Shown here: positions 42,874 to 54,055 of the stretch, one piece after another
How positions within the stretch are numbered: the stretch's first letter is position 1
Layout: each line of letters begins with the position of its first letter
Assembly: GCA_950097015.1 (NCBI GenBank)
Contig: CATNEN010000009.1
Coordinates: 1,364,001-1,428,000 of the forward strand
Length of the DNA stretch: 64,000 nucleotides
Direction of reading: 5' to 3'
DNA from: Macrostomum hystrix
Taxonomy: Eukaryota > Animalia > Platyhelminthes
The notes under the pieces: model-generated
Database searches by the model: none
Told to the model about the DNA's origin: nothing
The model's input: only the letters and a program-made list of their open reading frames with translations
Translations under genes and position numbers: made by a program

Positions 42874-43823
42874 ATGAAGGTAGAGGAAATCGTTCAGCGG
42901 GGCCCGGAAGGCGGCGTAATTGAGCCGGCACCTGTCGGGGCCAATTTCGTTTGCCCAGATGGCAAATTTGCCATCTGGGTAAACATGGAAGGCAGACCCG
43001 CACAGGTGCGGGATAGGCTGTGCCCATGCCTTCTGGGCGCGGGTGGTCCGGCGGGCGGCAAGAGGCACGCCCCGCAAACATACCAATACTCTGGCGGGAA
43101 CGCCGTAAGTACTCATCCTATGTTAATATTTTCCTTCCCTGCCACTTGCTCTCGCTCTCTCGCTTTCGCTTTCGCTCTCGCTCTCGCTTTCGCTCTCGCT
43201 TTCGCTCTCGCTTTCGCTCTCGCTCTCGCTTTCGCTCTCGCTTTCGCTCTCGCTTTCGCTCTCGCTTTCGCTCTCGCTTTCGCTCTCGCTTTCGCTCTCG
43301 CTTTCGCTCTCGCTTTCGCTCTCGCTTTCGCTCTCGCTTTCGCTCTCGCTTTCGCTCTCGCTTTCGCTCTCGCTTTCGCTCTCGCTTTCGCTCTCGCTTT
43401 CGCTCTCGCTTTCGCTCTCGCTTTCGCTCTCGCTTTCGCTCTCGCTTTCGCTCTCCCTCTCTCGCTCTCTCGCTCTATGTCGCTCTCGCTCTCGCTCTCT
43501 TGCTGACCTGAGAGCTGTATCCCGCCCATTCCATTTTAATCCAGAGGATGTACTGGCGCGTGGGTGCCCGCTGCATTCTGTGGACCCACGGGGTGGAACT
43601 GCGTGGGAGCGACCTTCGCAATCTGCCTGCAATCGTGCAGGGGTCGGTCGCCCCGCAGCTGGACCGGCGTGAGGCAGCGCAACAGCATCAGGCGGCAGCG
43701 GTCGCCGACGTGCTGGGTGAGGCGCAGCAGCGTCGGGCGGCAGCGGTCGTCGACCGCCTGGATCCAGCGCAGCTGCGAATAGTGCTGCGGAGTTTGGTAG
43801 CAGTGCCACCAGTTGGTAAGTGA
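42874..43823 (+). CDS. Putative two-exon hypothetical protein, ~169 aa
   Basis: GC-rich exons 42874-43104 and 43545-43823 join in phase 0 (AACGCC|GTAAGT...TTTTAATCCAG|AGG). The intron holds the (CTCGCTTTCGCT)n repeat. The final GTTG|GTAAGT could be another donor. Confidence 0.5.
43148..43500 (+). repeat. (CTCGCTTTCGCT)n 12-mer microsatellite in an intron
   Basis: Read directly. Confidence 0.95.
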
Positions 43824-44037
43824 TGAGTAACTGAAATTGCCGTGTAACTTCTAGTGAACGTCGTAAATGGCAATTAGTAATCACTAGCAGAAATGAACGC
43901 CTTGAATTGTCTAATCCATGGAAATTCCATCCAAAGAATTTCATCTGTAAAATCGATATAATGATCCCCCATATTTTATTTTTCATTCGTCCAGTATATA
44001 CTTATTAGCAGCTGTATTTTCAGATTTTTAAAAGCTA

Positions 44038-44820
44038 CAATGATCCCCATGCAGTAGTTGACAATGATCCCCCAGTTGACAATGATCCTCCAGTTGACCA
44101 TGATCCCCCATTTGATGATAATCCCCATTGATGATGATCCCCAGTTGACAATGATCACCCAGTTGACAATGATCCCCAAGTGGACAATGTTCCCCCAGTT
44201 GATAATGGTCACCCAGTTGACATTGATCCTTCAGTTTACCATGATCCCCCATTTGATGATAATCCCCATTGATGATGATCCCCAGTTGACAATGTTCCCC
44301 AGTTGACAATGATCCGCCAATTGATGATGATCACCCAATTGACAATGATCCCCCAGTTGATAATGGTCACCCGGCTGACAATGATCCCCCAGTTGACAAT
44401 GATCACCCAGTTGACATTGATCCTTCAGTTGACCATGATCCCCCATTTGATGATCATGCCCATTGATCATCCCCATTGATGATGATCCCCAGTTGACAAT
44501 GTTCTCCCAGTTGACAATGATCCCCCAGTTGATGATGATCACCCAATTGACAATGATCCCCCAGTTGATAATGGTCACCCAGCTGACAATGATCCCCCGG
44601 TTGACAATGATCCCCCATTGGACAATGATCCCCCAGTTGACCATGATCCCAAATTTGATGATAATCCCCATTGATGATTGATGATGATCCCCAGTTGACA
44701 ATGATCACCCAGTTGACAATGGTCACTCAGCTGACAATGATATTCCAGTTGACCATGATCCCTCATTTGATGATTAATCCCCATTGATGATGATCCTCAG
44801 TTGACAATGTTCGCCAGTTG
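44038..44820 (+). repeat. GATGATCCCCAGTTGACAAT-type ~20-bp tandem array with higher-order structure
   Basis: Dozens of related units. Confidence 0.9.
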
Positions 44821-44954
44821 AATTTTTATATTAGCTGCTTTTGTAGAAAATTGAAAAGAACAACATTAAATGAATTAAATGAATATCATTATGACGTTAT
44901 AAGATAACAAAATCAAAATATAGAGAATTTGATTCAATGACAAAAGAAAAATTA

Positions 44955-45190
44955 TGACATGATTCAAACTCTGGTTTTGCCATGATTCAAACTCTGGTTT
45001 TGCCACGATTCAAACTCTGGTTTAGCCATGATTCAAACTCTGGTTTTGCCATGATTCAGACTCTGGTTTAGCCATGATTCAAACTCTGGCTTTGCCATGA
45101 TTCAGACTCTAGTTTAGCCATGATTCAAACTCTGGTTTAGCCATGATTCAAACGCTGGTTTTGCCATGATTCAAACTCTGGTTTTGCAAT
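44955..45190 (+). repeat. 23-bp tandem repeat CATGATTCAAACTCTGGTTTTGC
   Basis: About 10 units plus an isolated copy at ~45380. Confidence 0.9.
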
Positions 45191-45688
45191 GATCTGCGTC
45201 TTCACTTTCTAGACACATTTAGCTGACTACCAACACTACTACTATCCTTGTCTTAGCTTCAGCTCAAACTACTCAAGCATTTCCGCTCGCTTTGTACATA
45301 TGCGCCCACATTTAATTAGCAAAACACAATAAACACATTCTACTGTGTTTCCTGTGTTTTCTGCGTCTTCACTTTCTAGATTCAAACTCTGGTTTTGCCA
45401 CGATTCGAAAAATGGGTAAAAGTTAAAAAATATTTAATTTTTTAGCGCAAGCACTGGTGAACGTAGTCGCTGCTGTCGACGCCGCGACCGCCGGCGCCGT
45501 AGCAGCAGCAGCAACAACAGCAGCAGCAACAGCAGCAGCAGCAGCAGAGGAGGAAGAGCCGCCATCGCCGGTCTTCCGGAGGCAGCGGTGGAGTTGTCAG
45601 TAACTTTAACTGTATTTTGCTCGCATTTGGCGAGATTCATTCGCTTTGTGATTGTCTTACTATACCGGATGGGGCTTAGTTATACCAG

Positions 45689-46243
45689 GTGGACCGGAAT
45701 CCGACCTACCTAAAATCCACCCACAAAAAATCTCACCTAGCTGATTCCACGGGACTCCTTGCGGCCGGCACCGCAGCCGACACCGCGGCCGACACCGCAG
45801 CCGACACCGCGGCCGACACCGCAGCCGACACCGCGGCCGACACCGCAGCCGCCGTCGCTGCTACCGCGGGGCCGCCGTTTGCGGCGTCAACGCCCCTGTC
45901 GGCGCGGCGGACGCATACGCCGCCGCCGCCGCCGCCGACACAGCCGCCGCCCCCGCCGTTGACACCGCCGCCGCCGCATCCGCCGACACCCCCGCCGCCG
46001 CCGCCGCCGACACAGCCGCCGCCCCTGCCGTTGACACCGCCGCCGCCACATCCGCCGACACCCCCGCCGCCGCCGCCGCCGACACCGCCGCCGCCGCCGC
46101 CGCCGCTGACAAACAAGCAGAAGCGGAAGCTTCAAACGCAGCCGGCGAGGGATGCCCTGGCTGCAAAGCGGAAGGTAAACCCGCAACTTAACTACGCGCT
46201 TTGTAGCTACGAGTTGTTTTCTGGCATTCTCGCAGGTCTCTGA
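45689..46243 (+). CDS. Possible low-complexity protein/exon (AADT repeats, polyproline, basic tail)
   Basis: GC-rich open frame made mostly of repeats; no domain recognised. Confidence 0.25.
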   Translation: MDRNPTYLKSTHKKSHLADSTGLLAAGTAADTAADTAADTAADTAADTAADTAAAVAATAGPPFAASTPLSARRTHTPPPPPPTQPPPPPLTPPPPHPPTPPPPPPPTQPPPLPLTPPPPHPPTPPPPPPPTPPPPPPPLTNKQKRKLQTQPARDALAAKRKVNPQLNYALCSYELFSGILAGL

Positions 46244-46667
46244 GGGGCAACGCGTGCCTCGCGGAAAGTTCATACTTGTCAGGCTCTCCGATTGGCTCAG
46301 GGTACCGGACATTTGAAAAAAACGCAAAATGCAAACCCATTGGTCGTTATGAGTGATTCAACCCGGCACCTGGAAACTGACATATTCAGTTTGTATTTTA
46401 ACTATCAATTTTTATGAGCCAAACAAACCCTAAAAGCGGACTCCCAATTAGCAAGACATCAGCTTTAGCTTATGGCAATTATAATGTAATCATACATTAT
46501 GTTACAGAATGTAAACTTTTAGTAAACCAACATTTCAGAAGTAACAACAAGTGGACAGCAGTGGACAACAAGTGCAACACACAAGTCCATAAGTCCACTC
46601 ATTTTGTTCATTTTTTGTTCATTTTTATCTTCTTAAGAAAAAACACATAAACACATAAGAACACTTT

Positions 46668-47200
46668 AGTGGCGTAGCCAGAAAAAAATACAGGAGGGGG
46701 CCTAAGGCGGACGGGTTTTTAGTTCAGGCGGGGGCCTCTCTCTTCTCTCTTTCTCTCTCTCTGCGCTCTCCATTCTCTCTCCAAGTCTAACTCTCCATCC
46801 TCTCCCTGCACGCTCTCTCCATTCTCACTCCATTCTCTCTCTGCACTCTCTGTCTCCATTCTCTCTCTCCATTCACTCTCTGCACTCTCTCTCCATTCTC
46901 TCCCTGGACGCTCTCTCCATTCTCTCCCTCCATTCACTCTCTGCACTCTCTCCATTCTCTCTCTCCACTCTCTCTCCATTCTCTGTCTGCACTCTCTCTC
47001 CATTCTCTCCCTGCACGCTCTCTCCATTCTCACTCTCCATTCTCTCTCTGCACTCTCTCTCCATTCTCTGTCTCCATTCTCTCTCCAAGTCTCACTCTCC
47101 ATCCTCTCTCTCCTCTCTCCTCCCTCCTCTCTACTCTCTTTCCTACGCCTGAACTAAAAAGCCTGAACTTAGGCCCCTAACTGCCCTCCATGGCTACGTC
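46668..47200. mobile_element. MITE-like element with AGTGGCGTAGCCAG terminus and CT-rich interior
   Basis: Left AGTGGCGTAGCCAG..GGGGCCTAAG..TTTTTAGTTCAGGCG mirrors right CGCCTGAACTAAAAA..CTTAGGCCCC..TGGCTACGTC. Confidence 0.6.
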
Positions 47201-48557
47201 GGGGGGATTTAATTTTTATACTCATTTAATACTTTTTTTATGGGTTATACAAATTTATAGAAACTTGATACATATTTTATACAATTTTATACAAACTTTT
47301 ACAATTTTATACAAACTTATACCATATTTTTGTTTTTTGGGGTGGGGGGTTCGTTGGAGCATTGTCAGTGTCGGGCTTGCAAAAAGCATGTACGCATGTA
47401 CCTAGACACTGCTTGTGTTCTAGCGGACACCCTTGCCCCGTTGCTCGTCATTCCCTACGTTTATTCCCTGCCCTTCCCGAGGCAATTGACATTTTTAGCC
47501 ATCATGAACTGTGAAGTTTGTTTTTTGAACTTGCCAAATCTGTCAGGTCATGTTTCAGGATCCTGGACACCTCGTGGATGCCTGGCCAGAGAAATGTAAA
47601 AGTTGCGGGGCGTTTTTCTCAAGTCGATCGAGGACTGAAAGAGCTTTCTTTGACACCAAGTGCAGCTCGATTGACCCATCAGAAGTGCCCCGATCGGCCC
47701 CGATAGTGAAGCTAATCGAGTATTGGCATCGAATTTCGGCTATAAATCAATCAGACGACTTGAAGTCCAAGCAACTAGACGCGTCCATCGAGTGGATTCC
47801 TCCATCAAACAGTAGGAGCCCAGTTTTCCGAATTTTACCCGTAACTTTTTTCGGCGACCTCCCCCAGTCTTCGGAGTAGCGTCAATCAACTCGGCGCAAC
47901 GAATTCTATCGGAAAAAGTTGTCCCGCAATATGGGTAAACAAAAATTTTTTTCGCAAAAAATATAATGACTTCTAAATAGAAAGCAAATGTACAGTATTT
48001 TCGCGAAAAGACTGATATGTTCTTAAACGAAGGAAAGGGCAGTATTTTTGCAAAAGTTCTTAAAGTAGCGTGGCCACATCTTATGGTATTTTTGCGAAAG
48101 TGCATGCGTATTCTTAGACGACGTGTCTTGTACCTTTTTCACCACAGACACATTTAGTATTTTTGCAAATTGCCAAGAGTCATGCATGTATTTTTTTCGC
48201 GAAAAGACTATATACTGTGTACTATATTGAATACTTATGAGTGAAAAATAATGGCAGTTTTTGCCAGAATACTAACGATACGATGACGAATATATTTTTG
48301 CGAAAAAATGTGTTCTAAAACGAATACAAAATGCTGCATTTGTGTGAAAGTACTTTGAGTACTAAAATACAAACAAGAATGCTTAACGTAGTGTGATGAT
48401 TGTTGGTGATGGTATTTTCGCAAAAAGATTAGTGTATTTTCGATCACTTACAAAACAACACCAATATGTAAATCAAATAGTTAAGATAATCAGAAGCTTT
48501 ATAAAATAACTGTAACTAATCATAATGAATGTATTATTTTATAATATCATTTCAAAC

Positions 48558-48767
48558 TTAGGCCTCCTCAATTGCAATCGCTACTGCTGCTGACGCCTCC
48601 GCCTCTTCAGCTGCGGCATACAATAGGTCGTCATCAGCAGGGTCAAATGTACAGCTACTGGCTGCCATCGCTGCTGCTGCTGCTGCTGCTGACGCCTCTG
48701 CCTCTTCAGCTGCGGCATACAATAGGTCGTCGTCAGCTGGGTCAAATGTACAGCTACTGGCTGTCAA

Positions 48768-48802
<35 letters not shown>

Positions 48803-49079
48803 ACGCCTCTGCCTCTTCAGCTGCGAAATACAAAAGCTCATCGTCAGCTGAGTCTAAGCAATTGACTGCCATCGCCGCTTCGACCTCTTCAGCTACGGCG
48901 TATAACATTTGGTCATCTGCCAGGCCGAATACATAGCTATATGATGAATTGTATGTTTCATCATACCCGTAATCATCATAGCCTGGCTCTTCGTTCAGCC
49001 CAACGTCCTCGTCGTGACAGTTGGATGTTTCCGCATCGTTTAGAGTTGGCGCTGATGATGATGATGGTGTTGCAGGCAT
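48558..49079 (-). CDS. Acidic repeat protein, 173 aa, copy 2
   Basis: Paralogue of 15008-15661 with 3 repeats plus 1 degenerate repeat and longer poly-Ala linkers. Confidence 0.7.
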
Positions 49080-49313
49080 GGCGAGACAATGGGGGCAGTA
49101 TTTAAAATGTTGAACTTGTTTTATTTACTTCATTAATTGTCCAAAGTTTAAACTGCATTGATTACATATTCCCAATCACATAAGATTATCAGCAAGCTTG
49201 TTACCATAGACTAGCAATATGGTTTTTAGTTGGTTACTTTACTAAGGTAAGTGGCGTAACTTATTTACACATTTTAGATTCTTAATTATTATTTCAAATA
49301 AAAAAACTACAAC

Positions 49314-49760
49314 ATGTCATCCCTGGGTGGGCGGCACAATGGCGGAGATCAACGAGATATCGACAGAGAGGATCACAACTCTGGCAACGACAAACCGATC
49401 TCGTGCCCTACCGTCAGTAGCAGCACAGATGTCGTGATTGGCACTGAGCGACGTCGACGAAGGCACAGCTCGGATAGTAGTTCAGACTCGGATTTTGCTA
49501 TTCTGCCTTCACGTCAACGTGTTCAGTACGTATGGCATCGTCCAGGTGTCGTGCGCATTTACAATCAGAGATTTTCTATTGTGAACGCCAATCCGACACG
49601 GGATTTAGCCGGCCAATTGCAACTGCCGCAGCATGCGCAAGTGACCGATATACAGTCACCAATTGTAATCAGTAGCAACAACAATGGCGGCACTGGCACT
49701 GAAAGAGAGCGCGGCAATGAAAATCGTGCTGCTAATAACTCAGATTTGAATGACATGTAG
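49314..49760 (+). CDS. Hypothetical protein, 148 aa, copy 2
   Basis: Paralogue of 15897-16355. Confidence 0.6.
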   Translation: MSSLGGRHNGGDQRDIDREDHNSGNDKPISCPTVSSSTDVVIGTERRRRRHSSDSSSDSDFAILPSRQRVQYVWHRPGVVRIYNQRFSIVNANPTRDLAGQLQLPQHAQVTDIQSPIVISSNNNGGTGTERERGNENRAANNSDLNDM

Positions 49761-50254
49761 CAATTCTTTTGTTAAGCACTGTTGCCATTAGTTATAATGA
49801 AATTAATTAACTGATTAGTATAATTAAAAGTTGAAGGTATTTGATTAACACATCTGAGTATTCAATGTCGACAGTGCATGATGCCTGCAAATGTTTTAAA
49901 CTACTTTTACTTTCACTAGCTCTCGTTCACTTACGTGGTATATTCAAAGCATAAGACAGTTTGCCGTCACTATCACCATTAACCACAATCAGATGACTGA
50001 TGAGATCAGTCAGTAAATAAAATATTAATACGCGAACACACATGTGTGCAGTTAGTCAATCGGTTTTTATTAAATTTCACCAATATAATTAAATACTCCA
50101 TACATATATATACAATTTCATTAATTAAACAAATAATTAATCGTGTTATTCTACAATTAGTCCGATTTGCAAAGTCGCAAGAGCAAAAAGAAATGTGTAA
50201 ACTATATATAATACATAAAATTCTGATTCTGTATTCTGATTCTGTACCAGCATA

Positions 50255-50641
50255 ATGGCAAGCAGCAGCAGCAACAACAGCAGCTTTTATTTGTTCCCGG
50301 CGCCATTCCAGGCATTCGTTCTTGCCTTCGCTGCCGAGGAGTTGGAGGATCACTGAGGAAAGCGAGTGAGGCAGCGAGTAAGGTGGCGGCAGCGGAGGTC
50401 GGGACGCCGGGACGGCGCCGGGCGGAGGATGTGATGGCCGCAGCTATGCGGCGGGTCCGAGCGGCCATGCTACGCATGGCCAGGGCTCGCCGCATAGCTG
50501 CGGGGCTTGACCCCTATGTAAGTAGTAACTTTCGATTATTATTTTAAATTGAATATTTGCGATAACACATCTGATAACCAAGCTAACAAACTAAATGAAA
50601 CCTAAAACCCATCTTTCATCCCGCAGCCCGGTGTACTGTGA
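50255..50641 (+). pseudogene. Frameshifted paralogue of the 17496-17858 gene
   Basis: LFPAPFQAFVLAFAAEELED then TGA; shifting the frame by one base restores LRKASEAASKVAAAEVGTPGRRR...AMLRMARARRIAAGLDPY. Donor and micro-exon are retained. Confidence 0.65.
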
Positions 50642-52199
50642 TCTGTGAGCTGCGACTAATATCAGCACATACGATACGATGAGAGTGATAGTGTCCGGTG
50701 TGTTAGTGTATTGTGTATGCGCCAAAGGACAAAGGAAAAGACAAATGACAATTTGAAACTATGAGCTCTTATGTGCTCTTTCAAAGGACAATGTGCTCTT
50801 AGATTAAAAAAATATAAATATATAAAAAACAAAAAAGACATTGTTCGTTATAGTTTTCACAATACACAACTTCTTATCTTGGTTACTTATTTTATCATTA
50901 GAATAATATTCATTTTTAGTATATAAGAAATGAACTGACTGGTGGTTATGTGGTGTACATTGGCGTTGAGACTTACTAGAAGACCGACGCAATAGTAATC
51001 GATCAGTCTGATATATAATATCAAGTTAAGTTTATACAAACTTTTTCAGTAGAAAATAAAATAAGAATAATGACGGAAAAGAGAACATATGCTCGATTTT
51101 TTCGCGATTTTTTTTCTTCGTATCCACATTTTTTCTTTCGAAAATACAGTCAGACGTTTTTGGCCATAGACACAAAAAACGGCTGCATATAATTCATATT
51201 GTATGCAGTATTCCTTTTCTCAACCTATCTCAGCCTACGAGCATCCGAACTCAGCTACCCATAGAAATCAATGGTGGCAAAGATGGGGGTTTGGCCCATA
51301 GACTCTCTTCGTGACAATCAAACTCAGCAGTGAGCAACCAAACTCAGCCATATTCGTTTTCCCTTGCATAGCAGACCATATTTTGTAATTTTTAAACACT
51401 CGATGCCTCTTAGAGCAGAAAGCACAAGCTAAATGCTCAAAGTTGGTTGACTTAATTAAGTTCGACAGTTTTTCATATTTTCGTCTGTTTCCATGTCTAC
51501 TATATCTTAATTTTCGGCTCTTTTGGTTGTATCTGCAGCCCCTACAGAGAGTGTCTATATAAAGATACAGTATTATATCTGCCCCACTACTCCGCTACTC
51601 CTTATCAGATCCACATCGCCCGGTAAAAAATCAAACATTCCCTAAGAAGGAAGGGGAAGAAAGCAAGGTGATATGAAACCCGAGGGTGGTCAGAAGACAA
51701 GAGAATATTAATTATTGTCGCCTCGATCATTTTCGACCATTTCTACCTGTGGCGAGTAGCTGGGGGATGGCAGGAGACTCGGAGGAGTTAAAAATCATGC
51801 CGAGGGAGCGGACTGCAGATTGGGCGAAGTCATTTTGCTTCCTTCTTACTCGAATCTTTGGGTGGCGGCAATGGTGTGTCGGTGGGGCGAGAGCGACAGT
51901 CAATTGACTGATTTGACTGCCTGGCTGACGGTTGACGTCAGCTCAATATAGAAATTCTGCTCAATTTCCATCTAGGTTTGCGCAGTTTTCACCGTCTAAG
52001 AGTGCACGGATAAAAGTGCAGTTTTTTTCGTTTAACCATGTGTAAATCTATTCGATTACAACCATAAAAGTAATGATTCTGATTGGCTAATAATTCGAGA
52101 ATCGAACTGATATTCGTCCGAAAAATATCAGCAAGATTTATAGCAAGAACCGTCCTAAATCGGTCGTCAGGACCCCAGATTGAGACTCGGAACTATTGA

Positions 52200-52400
52200 A
52201 AGACTCCTGCTTCGATTCTTGGTGTCTCTCCCGCTTTGAGCTTCGATTCTTGGTGTATCTCCTACTTCGATTATTGGTGTCTCCTACTTCGATTCTTGGT
52301 GTGTCTCCTGATTCGGTTTTTTGTGTCTCTTCTGCTTCGATTCTTGGTGACTCCTGCTTCGATTCTTGGCGTCTCCGGCTTCGATTTTTTGTGTCTCTTC
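52200..52400 (+). repeat. ~22-bp CTTCGATTCTTGGTGTCTC tandem repeat
   Basis: About 8 units; related units again at ~53025-53070. Confidence 0.8.
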
Positions 52401-52429
52401 TGCTTCGTAGACAGAGTAAAACGCAGATT

Positions 52430-52930
52430 TCTAATCATTTCAGAACCTATTTGCAACTATTTTCAAGGACGCAATGGCTTTAACGATAGGCCGGAATTAT
52501 TAGCATTTTTGGGTGCGTTGCGTTCCGTCTGCGCCGGTGGTATAGCGCAAAAGTTATGCGACAGCAAAAACTGCGCCGATGCCGATGACGGACTGCTAAC
52601 AGCATCAACATCAGAGCCACAGCAGAAATTTTCTGGGGTTTCAGCGGAAACATGTCGAAGCCTATGCAGCATGCGCATCAACCGCATCTTCTGGGAAATC
52701 AACAGGAAAATAAGATGCTCCCAAATAAGATGGATGAAATTGAACAGGAGGAGGTGGTGCCATATATTAGTGGCTACAGCCTTCGAAAAGTCGCAGACTC
52801 AGGTTTCGAAACCTGTCAAAGTCAGTTGTTTTCGCATAAAGCACCTAGTCATAGTGGCTTCATGAGACACAAGGAGTCTACTATGTATACCATCAACGGA
52901 AAGTTGCAACTCGTTTATAAAAAGTGAAAT
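52430..52930 (+). pseudogene. Degenerate P-element/THAP9-like transposase C-terminal fragment
   Basis: NYFQGRNGFNDRPELLAFLGALR..SKNC and, in another frame, EVVPYISGYSLRKV..CQ match the R..G.NDNP...F..A.R and L.YI.GY..RK blocks of P-type transposases. Confidence 0.55.
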
Positions 52931-53921
52931 GTTGCTCCGTGATCCGTGAAATGTTGCATCGTCCACTGTTCACACACGTGTGATGGAGCGAATTCTAGAA
53001 CGCTTCCGAGCAGCAGCTGTCTGCTGCTTCGATTTTTGGTGTCTCCAGCTTCGATTCTTGGTGTCTCCTTTGATGGAAGGTTATGCCATTTTAAACAAAT
53101 ACAGTAGCCAGCGTGCGTATGTGCGAAAGCATACGATGTGGCCTTGGTCATGGATACAATTTTAAAAAAAAAACTTATTACAAACACTAAACTAAACTTA
53201 ACTATACTATTATTTTAAAATAGAACTGCCTACACTAGCAAAATACCAACACTATATTTGACTATACTATTATTATAAAATAGAATTGCCTACACTAGCA
53301 ACTGGCCATTTTTCTTTCTTTAAATCGAATTGTTCTAGGTCCCTGAGATTTTGAGAATACAGCCCTAAAGGTTCATTTAAAAATATGTTTAGTCGAGAAA
53401 CTAAAAATGGAACTCACGCGTTTAATGCATACTGCTTCGTTCTAGTCGCTCACAAACTATTAAATGCACGCACACAGATCTGGACGAGAATTTTTAGCGC
53501 TTCACTGGCTGACTTTAAAAAACAAACATATACTTGTATAACCACTTCATGTCTAGTCTATGGCATTACTCGGGACTCGAGAGAGCCTTCGACTAGACTG
53601 TTTAGCTTCATGAGGCATTTCTATTGGTTAAACTGCCACAGGAGTTTAGCTTCATGAGGGATTTCTATTGGTCAAACTGCCACAGGAGTTTAGCTTCATG
53701 ATGCATTCAATGGGTAAACTGCCACTGCCACAGGAGTTTAGCTTCAACCCGGCTCTGGTTGGCTGGAACTTAGGGACGAAAAATCTTGCGAGACGCACTA
53801 TCGACAGACAGGCCCCCGTTTGGGGTGGCTGACTTTTTCACACCCGCAGACGGACCAAGAACTTAACGGAAGGCTGTATAATGCTCTGCTAACAAGTCCA
53901 GTGTGTAAATGTACGAGTATA

Positions 53922-54055
53922 ATATTCCCCGTTTATTTTGTTGTCTAGCGGGCAAAAGCAAGAGGTGTCTCGTTTATTGACCGAGGCGAAGCCGAGGTCA
54001 ATGAGTGAGATACCGAGTGCTTTTGGCCCTAGACAACTAAATGAGTGGGGAATAT
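53922..54055. repeat. ~134-bp imperfect palindrome (small foldback element)
   Basis: ATATTCCCC..GTTGTCTAG..CAAAAGCA..ATTGACC-GAGGCGAAGCCGA-GGTCAAT..TGCTTTTG..CTAGACAAC..GGGGAATAT. Confidence 0.75.

Larger units (their letters stand above)
1..51212. mobile_element. Putative large composite tyrosine-recombinase / SF3-helicase element (or tandem partial copies), boundaries unresolved
   Basis: The same non-coding modules and CGCGAAAA-palindrome motifs recur from ~2.6 kb to ~51.2 kb around a YR gene, an SF3 helicase gene and duplicated small ORFs. Homology to 31090-31200 stops abruptly at ~51212 (GCAGTATT|CCTTTTC). The left end is open at the window edge, and membership of 40.7-47.9 kb is uncertain. 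Confidence 0.5.
47990..51212 (+). repeat. Second copy of the 14.4-17.9 kb + 23.3-23.6 kb + 31.0-31.2 kb modules
   Basis: Colinear homology including both divergent ORFs; lacks the 16866 ORF and has no EnSpm insertion. Confidence 0.85.

Noticed and set aside
41503-43529. Numerous long ORFs (MPD/WH-rich, RAKA, ESES, FALA, RSRF)
   Set aside because: Products of stop-free satellite and microsatellite repeats; the 12-mer lies in a predicted intron.
43976-44784. GDHCQL / MIPQLT repeat ORFs
   Set aside because: Translations of a ~20-bp tandem array, open in several frames on both strands.
46719-47102. ERME/REWR repeat ORFs
   Set aside because: Translation of a CT microsatellite inside a MITE-like element.
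1-51212. Polinton/Maverick, adintovirus or nudivirus assignment
   Set aside because: No PolB, retroviral-type integrase, packaging ATPase, jelly-roll capsid or pif-type core genes were recognised in the window.
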